In this document: piece after piece, positions 1 through 9,048 of the stretch | Numbering within the stretch: the stretch's first letter is position 1 | Layout: each line of letters begins with the position of its first letter | Origin: an uncultured bacterium | GTDB lineage: Bacteria; Vulcanimicrobiota; CADAWZ01 | Length of the DNA: 64,000 bases | Reading direction: 5' to 3' | NCBI GenBank assembly: GCA_902790465.1 | Contig: CADASF010000008.1 | Span: forward strand, 981 to 64,980 | The notes under the pieces: generated by a model | What the model saw: only the letters and a program-made list of their open reading frames with translations | Database searches by the model: none | Told to the model about the DNA's origin: nothing | Program-made: the position numbers and the translations under genes

Positions 1-1029
1 AGAATAAATTTGTTAGATAAATATAGCAAATATATTTTAAATAAAAATGATATTTTAGTTACAATGGATGGAACAGTAGGTCGTGTTGCTAAAGTTTGTG
101 ATGATAAAATGCTATTAGCTCAGAGAGTTGGTCGTGTCGTTTCAAGCAGTATATATAATGAATATTTATTTCAGTTTTTGAGTAGTAATATTTTTTATAC
201 TGAAATGAAAAACAATGCAAAAGGTGCTATGATTGCTCATATTTCTTTAAGAGATATTGAAAATTGTCCTGTTTTTCTCCCCTGTCTTGAAGAGCAGAAA
301 AAAATAGCAGATTTTTTGAGTGATATTGATGAAGTTATTTTGGCAAGTAATCAAGAAGTAAAAAAACTTCAAGAACTCAAAAAAGGTGCAATGCAAAAAA
401 TATTTAGCCAAAAAGTGAGATTTAAACGAGATGATGGGACAGATTATCCAGATTGGGAAGAAAAAAAGTTAACTGATTATTTAGAATTTAAAAATGGCAT
501 AAACGCAAATCGTGATAGTTTTGGAACAGGAATAAAATTAATAAGTGTTTCAGATATTTTAAATAATGATTATATTACTTATGATGTAATTCGCAATAAA
601 ATAAATATTGATGAAAAAACAAAACAACTTTATGAAGTTAATTATGGAGATATTTTATTTCAAAGATGTTCTGAAACTTTAGAAGAGGCTGGCAGTGCAA
701 ATGTATATTTAGATACTCAAAAAGCTGTTTTTGGTGGTTTTGTTATTCGTGGAAAAAAAATAGGAGAATATAATCCCATATTTTTTAATCATTTATTAAA
801 ATCTTCATCAGTCAGAATGGAAATTAAAAAGAAAGCACAAGGGGCTCAACATATTAATATAGGGCAAGATTTACTTTCTACTATAATTTTTTTCATTCCT
901 TGTCTTGAAGAGCAAGAAAAAATAGGCGATTTTTTGAGTGATTTTGATGAAGCAATTTCACTTGCAAAACAAGAATTTGAAAAATGGAAACTGCTCAAAA
1001 AAGGTATTCTCCAACAAATGTTTGTTTAG
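1..1029 (+). CDS. hsdS: Type I restriction-modification specificity subunit HsdS (N-terminus outside window)
   Basis: Two copies of the HsdS conserved helical spacer (FLPCLEEQKKIADFLSDIDEVI.. mid-protein and FIPCLEEQEKIGDFLSDFDEAI.. at the C-terminus) separate variable target-recognition regions. The frame is open back to base 1. Confidence 0.85.
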   Translation, partial: RINLLDKYSKYILNKNDILVTMDGTVGRVAKVCDDKMLLAQRVGRVVSSSIYNEYLFQFLSSNIFYTEMKNNAKGAMIAHISLRDIENCPVFLPCLEEQKKIADFLSDIDEVILASNQEVKKLQELKKGAMQKIFSQKVRFKRDDGTDYPDWEEKKLTDYLEFKNGINANRDSFGTGIKLISVSDILNNDYITYDVIRNKINIDEKTKQLYEVNYGDILFQRCSETLEEAGSANVYLDTQKAVFGGFVIRGKKIGEYNPIFFNHLLKSSSVRMEIKKKAQGAQHINIGQDLLSTIIFFIPCLEEQEKIGDFLSDFDEAISLAKQEFEKWKLLKKGILQQMFV

Positions 1030-1116
1030 CACTAAAATTTTAAAAATAGTATCTATTTTAAAGGCTGTTTGGGTAGATTTTAAAATATTAATTAACTAAC
1101 ACAACGAATTAATTTA

Positions 1117-1157
1117 GTTGTGTCAGCATATACTGCCTGACAACACAACTATTTTTT
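1117..1157 (+). terminator. Putative intrinsic terminator after hsdS
   Basis: Imperfect stem GTTGTGTCAG..CTGACAACAC followed by a T-run (ctatttttt). Confidence 0.4.
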
Positions 1158-1222
1158 ATTAGTGAATTTACACTAAATGTCAAACGAATATTCATAACTA
1201 CATTTATCTTTTCATAAAATTA

Positions 1223-1696
1223 TTATGCTTGTTCCCAAATTTCTTTAGGAAGTGGATTTTCCTTAAAATAATCTTTCAGTTCGTCAAATGAATATTCATA
1301 ATTACATCTCTCTTTATAAATTTCAAGCCAAAAATCCAATGAGAATTGATAATCAGAAATATCAAGAAAATTTTTAGAATCTTTCTCTTCCAGATCATCC
1401 TTATCAAAAATACATTCTTTGAAAACTTTAATAAAAAATTCTTTAGGAGTATCTGGAAGTTCCTCATAGACCACACCTTCTTCATATTCCTCTTCATCGT
1501 CATCGCCATAATAATATGTATCTAAAATTATACTCATTTTCCTTTCAAGTATATCTATCATTTGTAAATCATAATGAGAAATATCATATGTGCGTATTTT
1601 TTCGCCTTTTTCATTAAAATATTTATCATAAAAAACAATGTTTTTTTCTTTTATTATTTTATCTATTTCTTCTCTATAATTATATGTCTTTTCCAT
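1223..1696 (-). CDS. Hypothetical highly acidic protein (157 aa)
   Basis: Intact ORF with an SD-like GGAGAAAA upstream. It has D/E-rich tracts (YYGDDDEEEYEEG). I recognise no family. Confidence 0.5.
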   Translation of the reverse strand: MEKTYNYREEIDKIIKEKNIVFYDKYFNEKGEKIRTYDISHYDLQMIDILERKMSIILDTYYYGDDDEEEYEEGVVYEELPDTPKEFFIKVFKECIFDKDDLEEKDSKNFLDISDYQFSLDFWLEIYKERCNYEYSFDELKDYFKENPLPKEIWEQA

Positions 1697-1708
1697 TTCA
1701 TTTTCTCC

Positions 1709-1761
1709 ATATTTTCCCCATATTAATAGCGTGCTGGCAAAATATCACCAACACGCTATTA
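1709..1761 (-). repeat. 53-nt repeat module containing a terminator-like hairpin (copy 1)
   Basis: Near-identical to 4193-4245. It contains AATAGCGTGCTGG..CCAACACGCTATT (13-bp stem) directly downstream of the stop of 1782-2387. Confidence 0.8.
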
Positions 1762-1781
1762 TTAAGTAAACAACTCAAAAA

Positions 1782-2387
1782 CTATAATACATCCCACAAA
1801 CTTTTAAAAAATATATAATCATTATTCTTTACATCTACATCAAATCTAAAATAAGACATCAATATTTGAACTCTGTTATCTAAAGAATCAATATGAATTG
1901 GTTTCACTGGAGAAACTAATTTTCTATACCAATAAGGATGTTCTACGAATATTTTGTGTCCTCTTGGATCACAGTAATCAATAACTGCTTCAAAATAAAA
2001 AATTCCCTTTTGAGCAAGCAAAATTTCATATTTAGAAACAAAATCATAATAATAATCATTTGGAAAAAGTTTGATATTTTCTGAAGTTGAAAATTCAAGA
2101 ATATTATCAAAATAAAAATCTGCAAGGTCTTGTATAGCAAGATTATTGACAACAACTTTAGGTATAGCACCACTTCCTAAATTCCAAAGATTGAAAATAT
2201 ATCCCTGTCTATCTACTCCCCACCAATGAACATTATAACCACTAAGATCTTCAAAATCTTTAGACATTTCTGAAGAACTCTTCTTGTATAAGAAATATTT
2301 AAAGTTTTCTTCAAATATATCTTCGACAGTTCTAATTGAAATTACTTGCTCAGGTTCTTTATTTTTTTTCTTTTTATTCTTCCCCAT
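1782..2387 (-). CDS. Unknown-function protein, tandem paralog 1 of 3 (201 aa)
   Basis: Shares the MGK(N/K)KKK N-terminus, W(W/F)GVD(R/K)(Q/R/K)G(Y/H)IF, IPK(V/I)V, FSTSE, (A/L)(Q/R)KGIF and DVDV/GVDV blocks with 2409-3020 and 3042-3647. Confidence 0.6.
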   Translation of the reverse strand: MGKNKKKKNKEPEQVISIRTVEDIFEENFKYFLYKKSSSEMSKDFEDLSGYNVHWWGVDRQGYIFNLWNLGSGAIPKVVVNNLAIQDLADFYFDNILEFSTSENIKLFPNDYYYDFVSKYEILLAQKGIFYFEAVIDYCDPRGHKIFVEHPYWYRKLVSPVKPIHIDSLDNRVQILMSYFRFDVDVKNNDYIFFKSLWDVL

Positions 2388-2408
2388 TGTCTCCCCTATT
2401 TTAAAAAA

Positions 2409-3020
2409 TTATTCAGAGCCAATTTTTTTAAACAAACTATGTTTATATGTCTTTGACTTACGGTCAAGATATATGAAATTGCAATTTACATCAACACCAA
2501 ATACAAATGAAGACATCAATTCTTGAATTTGATAATTTAAAGAAGTGATATTAATTGGCTGTGCTGGAGCAATTATTTTTCTCAGAAAATAAGGATATTT
2601 TTGAAATTCCTCATATTCAGAGTCTTCTTTAAGCAAATTGTAACCATCCAATATATGAAAACAAAAAATTCCTTTTCGAGCAAGTGTAATCTCAATTTCA
2701 TTATCAATAATATCATATAAAAGATAAGTTTTATCAACTTTAATAATTTCTGAAGTTGAAAAATCCAACATATTAAGAAAATAATCTTTTAATTCAAGCT
2801 GAAGTTGCCAATTATCTGTAACAACTTTAGGTATAGTAGCAGGACCATTAGAGTAAGCATAAAAAATATGTCCTCTCTTATCAACTCCAAACCAATCATC
2901 TTCAAATTTATGTCCCTCAAACCAATATCCCAGCTCACCTAAATGTTTAGTAATTGTAAGATTATCCTCATATTCCTCAGAAAGTATTTGTTCTGATTTT
3001 ATATTTTTTTTCTTTCCCAT
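2409..3020 (-). CDS. Unknown-function protein, tandem paralog 2 of 3 (203 aa)
   Basis: Very similar to 3042-3647 along its whole length. The 21-nt spacer with its SD (GGGGAGA) is also conserved. Confidence 0.6.
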   Translation of the reverse strand: MGKKKNIKSEQILSEEYEDNLTITKHLGELGYWFEGHKFEDDWFGVDKRGHIFYAYSNGPATIPKVVTDNWQLQLELKDYFLNMLDFSTSEIIKVDKTYLLYDIIDNEIEITLARKGIFCFHILDGYNLLKEDSEYEEFQKYPYFLRKIIAPAQPINITSLNYQIQELMSSFVFGVDVNCNFIYLDRKSKTYKHSLFKKIGSE

Positions 3021-3041
3021 TATCTCCCCTATTTTAAAAAA

Positions 3042-3647
3042 TTATTCAGAGCTAATTTTATTAAATAAGCTATATCTATATGTCTTTGACTTACGGTCAA
3101 TGTATATATAATTGCAATTTACATCAACACCAAATACAAATAAAGACATCAATTCTTGAATTTGATAATTTAAATTACTAATACGAATTGGCTGTGCTGG
3201 AGCAATTATTTTTTTCAAAAAATAAGGATATTTTGAAAATTCCTCATATTCAGGTTCCCCTGGTCTCAAAAGATAATCATCCAATATGTAAAAATAAAAA
3301 ATCCCTTTTCGAGCAAGCGAAATCTCAAATGTATAATCTTCTACAAATGCATCTTTAGAAGATTCATATATATAATCTTTAATAATTTCTGAAGTTGAAA
3401 AATCCAACATATTAGCAAAATAATCTTTTAATTCAAGTTGGAGTTGCCAATTATCTGTAACAATTTTAGGTATAGTAGCAGGTCCACCAGATGAAGCATA
3501 AAAAATATAACCCTTTTTATCAACTCCAAACCAATCATTTTCAAATTTATGTCCCTCAAACTCATCTCCCATCTCACCTAAATGTTTATAATCCTCAAAA
3601 AGTATTTGTTCTAATTTTATATTTTTTTTATTTTTTTTCTTTCCCAT
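3042..3647 (-). CDS. Unknown-function protein, tandem paralog 3 of 3 (201 aa)
   Basis: Same family as the two ORFs downstream. It is the first gene of the array on the minus strand. Confidence 0.6.
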   Translation of the reverse strand: MGKKKNKKNIKLEQILFEDYKHLGEMGDEFEGHKFENDWFGVDKKGYIFYASSGGPATIPKIVTDNWQLQLELKDYFANMLDFSTSEIIKDYIYESSKDAFVEDYTFEISLARKGIFYFYILDDYLLRPGEPEYEEFSKYPYFLKKIIAPAQPIRISNLNYQIQELMSLFVFGVDVNCNYIYIDRKSKTYRYSLFNKISSE

Positions 3648-3735
3648 TATCTCCCCTGCATTATCTCCCCTGTCTCAAATAAAGCGTACGGTAAATCTCA
3701 ATTAGCCATCTTTTATCCCGTCTTATTACTTTAAC

Positions 3736-4192
3736 GGAAATCAATTTTTGTTACTAATTTTGCAATTAAATAATTTTCAAAAATAGGCACTATTTAACAA
3801 GTAAACAAAGTTTTGGGGTATAATGTAACAAATTCGCTCCTTGCAGGCAAGGAGAAAAAAATTAGAACGATTTCAATTTTCTATAGTAGTTTCTATAAAA
3901 ATGCACTTAGAAAAAGAATGGTTGTTTTTAGAAATTAAACATAAACTTTGGGGTAAAATTGTTTAGTGAGTCTTATTATACCCCAAAACTAAAACTTGCA
4001 ATTTCGTCATAAGTAGAAAGAAATATTAGCCAACTACACAAAACAGGATAAATGTTATTTTTGTGAGAAAAAGCGAACGACATCATGAGCTTGTGAGTGT
4101 TTAGAGTGAGCTTTTTCAAACAAAGTAACATTCGGCACTAAATAAAAAAATAGTATTTTTGAAAATTATTATGAACTAAAAAATTGATTTCC
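3736..4192. mobile_element. MITE-like palindromic element, family 1 (GGAAATCAATTTTT.. termini), interrupted by a nested insertion
   Basis: The terminal arms match the 109-bp copy at 23333-23441 (in opposite orientation) and the 59-bp copy at 46430-46488. About 340 bp of extra DNA sits between the arms. Confidence 0.6.
3809..3990. repeat. Inner inverted-repeat element nested inside the family-1 element
   Basis: 16-nt perfect inverted termini AGTTTTGGGGTATAAT / ATTATACCCCAAAACT. A partial third copy (CTTTGGGGTAAAATT) lies inside it. Confidence 0.5.
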
Positions 4193-4245
4193 ATATTTTC
4201 CCCATATTAATAGCGTGCTGGCAAAATATCACCAACACGCTATTA
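4193..4245 (-). repeat. 53-nt repeat module containing a terminator-like hairpin (copy 2)
   Basis: Near-identical to 1709-1761. It lies directly downstream of the stop of the metalloprotease gene. Confidence 0.8.
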
Positions 4246-4268
4246 TCAAGTCATTATTTTAAATTTTT

Positions 4269-6017
4269 CTAAGCAATTACTGGGATTCTCTCAATATAAG
4301 ATTTACCAAAAGCCTTATTTGTTTTTACTTCGCCCAAGAATTTTGTTGGATCGTCATCACCCCAAGATTTATAATCTTCAGATTTGATTTTTCCATCTTG
4401 TACTGCACTCAAAATTCCTGATTTGACATCAGCTTTCTTTTGAGAATCGATCTTGTCATAATTGTAATCGACGAGTTTTCCGTCTTTGTCAAATGCAAGA
4501 CTTATTCCACCATCAACAGCAACGAAACAATTTTCGAAATTTCCAAATTCTTTGCCCTTTAACTGCATATCTTCAGAAGTTTTCAAATAAATTGTCTGAC
4601 CACCATACATATTGTCGGTGATGTTCTCAGTTTGGAACTGTGTTCCATTTCCGATTCCAATCTTACTTCCAATCTTTGAAAGAATATCAGAAATCTTAGA
4701 TGAAATCTTGTTTAATACCATAGGAAGACTAATATGTACATTTGGCATATTTTTGGCTTTGTCTTTCATTTTTGAAACATCGCCTTCAGTCAAAATACCT
4801 CTGTCAATAAATGTCTTTTCCATTTCCTTCATGTGGGAGCCTTCATTTAACTGCATGTCAACTTTAAGCATGTTCAAAGCAACATCTTTATATTTGCAAC
4901 GATGGTTTGGACAGTTATCTATACTCTTCATCAAAAGACCGCCAAAATCTTTACCTGCAAGTTTTAATGCGGCTTCTGGTTCCATTCCCTTTGCTACATT
5001 TGCATCATAGAATGCTGACAAAACATCATAATTTGCAGCAGAGAAAATTCTTGAGAAGCTGTGAACTTCATTTGCAAGCTGATTATCTGGAGCATGTTGT
5101 GGAAGTGTAGAAGGATTTACATACTTGAAGTCATTTAAGAGTGTTCTCAAATAGTCATTGTCATCATTTGTTGGGTCTTTGTCCATTTTTGCAATGGCAA
5201 TTCCGAATTCTTCACCAACTTTTGACAAAAGACTTGGCTTTTGCATATCTCCGCCATTTTCTTGTATGATCTTCTTGATCATGTCATCATCTTGAAGAGT
5301 AAACAACATGGCTGTTACATCTCCAAAACCTTCATGAACAGACATTGTCTCTGTATCCCAGCCCATATATCCAGGTTTTACTGCATCGAGAATAGCATGA
5401 CCTACTTCGTGAGAGACAATTTCTGTTGATTGTGAAGTCTGAACAGTTTTGCCAAGTGGAGGAGCGTCAAAATAGAAGAAATTTACAGAAGCCTCATGTC
5501 TTGCATAATAAGCATTCATTCCCTCTCTCTTATGAGAATTTACACCCAATTTTGGCTCTCTAAATGCCCAGTTGATCTCATGACCGATATTATCCTGCAT
5601 CATATTAAATGTGTTATATGCAGTTGCATAGCAGTTGACTTGATCAAATTCTTTTGTGCCGAGCTGATATAGATAATTGCCCTCAAGGTCTGGAATAGCC
5701 TTTGGATTTTGATTTTCAATGGAGTACATCTTTGGACCTTCAATCTTATCTCCTATCAAAGCCTTTGGCATTTCAATAGTCTTTGGAGAAGCTACAGCAG
5801 GGTCTTGTGGAAGAACTGTAATTTTTACAGTCTCAGATGTATCAATCTGAGGAATTGGCTTTGGCTCTGATTTTCCAAAAAATCCTTTTATAGATACTTC
5901 ATCACCTTTTGCTTCTGGAAGATTTGCTACTTCAGGCTTTACCGCTGAAATATTAGAAGCAGAATCTGTAGAAATAGAAGGCATGTACATTACGCCCAAT
6001 GATCTTATTGAATCCAT
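4269..6017 (-). CDS. Zinc metalloprotease, gluzincin-like (HEXXH), no recognisable signal peptide (582 aa)
   Basis: HEVGHAILD is followed about 20 residues later by HEGFGD, a thermolysin-like HEXXH..E arrangement. There is a good SD (AAGGAAG). The N-terminus lacks a hydrophobic leader. Confidence 0.7.
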   Translation of the reverse strand: MDSIRSLGVMYMPSISTDSASNISAVKPEVANLPEAKGDEVSIKGFFGKSEPKPIPQIDTSETVKITVLPQDPAVASPKTIEMPKALIGDKIEGPKMYSIENQNPKAIPDLEGNYLYQLGTKEFDQVNCYATAYNTFNMMQDNIGHEINWAFREPKLGVNSHKREGMNAYYARHEASVNFFYFDAPPLGKTVQTSQSTEIVSHEVGHAILDAVKPGYMGWDTETMSVHEGFGDVTAMLFTLQDDDMIKKIIQENGGDMQKPSLLSKVGEEFGIAIAKMDKDPTNDDNDYLRTLLNDFKYVNPSTLPQHAPDNQLANEVHSFSRIFSAANYDVLSAFYDANVAKGMEPEAALKLAGKDFGGLLMKSIDNCPNHRCKYKDVALNMLKVDMQLNEGSHMKEMEKTFIDRGILTEGDVSKMKDKAKNMPNVHISLPMVLNKISSKISDILSKIGSKIGIGNGTQFQTENITDNMYGGQTIYLKTSEDMQLKGKEFGNFENCFVAVDGGISLAFDKDGKLVDYNYDKIDSQKKADVKSGILSAVQDGKIKSEDYKSWGDDDPTKFLGEVKTNKAFGKSYIERIPVIA

Positions 6018-6395
6018 ATTTTTCTTCCTTTCTGTATATATAAATTATTTATAAATTATAAATAAAAATTATCTATTATATAATAACAAAATAATCAAAA
6101 AAATATGTAAATAAAAAGTTAAATTTAAGTCAAAAAATAAGAGAAGGATTTAACAAAAAATAAAACAATTAATATAAGTTTAGATAATTATTTCAAATAA
6201 CAAAAAAATATGGAAAAGTATTTTTTTATATAATTTTCGTAAATTAACTCGTTGTGTTAGTTAATAAAATTAAGCATTTGAAATTGCCACGGTCGCTCAG
6301 CTCCCTTGCAATGACATCTATTCTATTTTATTTTTTTACAACCCTGAAATTTGAAATAATATTATAAAACTTTTAAGGACAATACAAAATTTATA

Positions 6396-7787
6396 ATGGA
6401 AGAAAAAAGTACAACAAAAAAACTTCCAAAAGTATATTGGATATCAATTTTTTATGAATTCATAGAGAGAGGTGCTTATTATGGTGCAATGAGCATTCTC
6501 TCTGTATATTTAGTTGCTTCTGTTGCAAATGGCGGTTTAGGCTGTTCAAAAATGGAAGCTGGAATATTAAAAGCTACAATTCAGCCAATAATATATGCAC
6601 TTCCAATAATATGTGGAGCAATAGCAGACCGTTTTGGATACAGAAAAACATTAAATGTAGCATTCTTGCTTTTGGGTATAGGATATATATCAGCAAGTCA
6701 AGCAAAAACATACCCACTATTTTTTACATCTTTGATAATATTATCACTTGGTGCAGGAGCATTTAAGCCTGTAATAAATGGAACAATAGCGAGAGTAACA
6801 GATTCAGAAACAAGTTCAATAGGATTCGGAATTTATTATTGGTCTATAAATTTAGGTGCATTTTTATTTCCATTAATAGTAGTTCCATTGATGAGAAATT
6901 CATTTGGTTTGAACTATGTTTTTTTAGTATCTGGAATAGCAATACTTCTTATGCTAATTCCAAATAAATTTTTATACAAAGAACCGCCAAAACCTGAAAC
7001 ATCGAAAGATATATCTCAAGTTTTTGTAGATGCAGTATCTGTTTTAAAAGACTACAAATTTTTGATTTTGCTATTTTTATATTCTGGATTTTGGGTTATA
7101 TATTTCCAAATGTTCGATACAATACTTTGGTATATAACAGAATATGTAAAACTAAAGCCAATAGAAAACACTATAAATAGCTTAATACCAGTATTCAATG
7201 GAGGATTTAAATTTAACCCAGAATATGTTACAGTAATAAATGCAGGAATAATAATATTACTTCAGTTAGTAGTATCAAATATAACTAAAAAGACAAAAGC
7301 TCTACCTACAATGATAACAGGAATATCATTTGGAGTAATAGCCATGTGTCTAATTGGATTCTCTGCTTATTCAGCACAAATCCACGCAACAAATGATTTA
7401 TCTATCACAACAGCGACACTATTAAGTGATGAAAAATATGCAACAAATTCTTCTGTGATATTTCATGCTTGGGCACTCGTATTGGGAATAATTTTATTCA
7501 CAATGGGAGAAATGACAGCACATCCAAAATTTATAAGTTATATAGGACTTATAGCACCTGAAGAAAAAGTTGCAACATATATGGGATATTCATTTTTATA
7601 TGGAGTAATTGGATCGAGTATAGGCTGTTTAATTGGTCCAATAGCATATAACAACTTCATAACAAAACTCGACAACCCTGCAGGAATGTGGTTTCTATTT
7701 GCAGGAATAGGACTTTTTACAGTAATATCTCTTACGATATATGGAAAACTTGTTTTAAAAAATAAAGAAAAAAAGGAAGAGAAATAG
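6396..7787 (+). CDS. Proton-dependent oligopeptide transporter (POT/PTR2 family MFS)
   Basis: ExxER motif (EFIERGAYYG), GAIADRFGYRKT, and multiple TM segments. Confidence 0.7.
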   Translation: MEEKSTTKKLPKVYWISIFYEFIERGAYYGAMSILSVYLVASVANGGLGCSKMEAGILKATIQPIIYALPIICGAIADRFGYRKTLNVAFLLLGIGYISASQAKTYPLFFTSLIILSLGAGAFKPVINGTIARVTDSETSSIGFGIYYWSINLGAFLFPLIVVPLMRNSFGLNYVFLVSGIAILLMLIPNKFLYKEPPKPETSKDISQVFVDAVSVLKDYKFLILLFLYSGFWVIYFQMFDTILWYITEYVKLKPIENTINSLIPVFNGGFKFNPEYVTVINAGIIILLQLVVSNITKKTKALPTMITGISFGVIAMCLIGFSAYSAQIHATNDLSITTATLLSDEKYATNSSVIFHAWALVLGIILFTMGEMTAHPKFISYIGLIAPEEKVATYMGYSFLYGVIGSSIGCLIGPIAYNNFITKLDNPAGMWFLFAGIGLFTVISLTIYGKLVLKNKEKKEEK

Positions 7788-7799
7788 AGGAGGCAAAAA

Positions 7800-8528
7800 A
7801 TGGCAACAGAGGAAAAACAGCCAGCAGAAGAGCAATCTGAAGGCTTTGAACTAAAATTTTTTATAAAAGATTTGAGAGACCTAATAACTCATCCAAAAGA
7901 AACTGCTCGCAAAGTTGCTGATGCACCATGTATTTTTATTGCATTTACTTCTATATTTTTAGCAGGTTGTTCAATGGGACTTAGAAAATTGATGTCCCAT
8001 CCAGACAGTCTAAATTTAATAACAGGAGCTGGAAAAGTATCTTCATCGGCAAAAACAATATTGGAACTTGGAACAAGAGATGCACAATGTATAACTCCTT
8101 TTATAATACCATTCGCAATATTATTAAGTTGGTATGTAGCAGCATTTGCTATAAACTTTTTTGCAGAAAAAGCTGGTGGATATGGAGGAAGTTATAACGA
8201 TATTTTCTCTGTTTTAGGTTATTTAGGAATAGAACTTTTCCTTTTTGAAGGATGTATCTTAATTTTATTTTTATTAGAAACATTTCTAAAACTGCATTTT
8301 ATAGGTGTGATAATTTGGCTCTTATATATAGCATTTATCATTTGGTTCCTATTTGCAGGGACATTTTGTGTTGAAGCGATATATGAAATGCCAATGTCAT
8401 ATTCTGGAATGATATTTTGGGGAGTTATGCTGGTAATTATTTTTGCATATTATGTCGGAATAGAAATGCTTTTAGAAAAATTCATACTTGTCGAATTCTT
8501 AAAGGGGAAATATGCAATTTCAAAATGA
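7800..8528 (+). CDS. Polytopic membrane protein, Yip1-domain-like
   Basis: An acidic N-terminus is followed by about 5 hydrophobic segments. The family assignment is tentative. Confidence 0.4.
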   Translation: MATEEKQPAEEQSEGFELKFFIKDLRDLITHPKETARKVADAPCIFIAFTSIFLAGCSMGLRKLMSHPDSLNLITGAGKVSSSAKTILELGTRDAQCITPFIIPFAILLSWYVAAFAINFFAEKAGGYGGSYNDIFSVLGYLGIELFLFEGCILILFLLETFLKLHFIGVIIWLLYIAFIIWFLFAGTFCVEAIYEMPMSYSGMIFWGVMLVIIFAYYVGIEMLLEKFILVEFLKGKYAISK

Positions 8529-9048
8529 TTTTAATGGGCTAATCCAAATTTACACTGGAAATGGAAAAGGTAAAACAACAGCAAGTTTAGGTCTTTTATT
8601 GAGAGCTTATGGACATGGCTTTCCTATTGCAATAATCCAATTTATGAAAACAGAAGATACAGGGGAAATAAAAGCAATAAAAGAACTAAAAATAGCTGAA
8701 TCTTATTCTTTTGGAATAAAGGGATTTATAGATAGAGAAAATCCAAAAGAAACAGATAAAATAGAAGCACAGAAAGCATTGAAAAAAGCTGAAGAATTGA
8801 TGACATCAGGAAGATTTAACTTTTTAATACTCGATGAAATAAACTGTGCTATATATTTTAATCTTATCAAAGAATCTGATGTCCATGAACTACTTGATAA
8901 AAAACCAAGTAACTGCGAAATAATTTTAACAGGAAGATGTTGTACTGAATCATTAATAAAAAGAGCTGATCTCGTTACAGAAATGAAAGAGATAAAACAC
9001 CCATGGAAAGAATGTCAAATGAACGCAAGAGAAGGAACAGAATATTAA
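8512..9048 (+). CDS. cobO: Cob(I)yrinic acid a,c-diamide adenosyltransferase
   Basis: IQIYTGNGKGKTTASLGLLLRAYGHG, ILDEINCAI, ILTGR and VTEMKEIKH are typical of CobO/BtuR. Confidence 0.8.
   Translation: MQFQNDFNGLIQIYTGNGKGKTTASLGLLLRAYGHGFPIAIIQFMKTEDTGEIKAIKELKIAESYSFGIKGFIDRENPKETDKIEAQKALKKAEELMTSGRFNFLILDEINCAIYFNLIKESDVHELLDKKPSNCEIILTGRCCTESLIKRADLVTEMKEIKHPWKECQMNAREGTEY

Noticed and set aside
3901-3966. 21-codon ORF (MHLEKEWLFLEIKHKLWGKIV) inside the nested repeat region.
   Set aside because: It has no SD, lies within repeat-derived DNA, and I have no supporting evidence that it is conserved.
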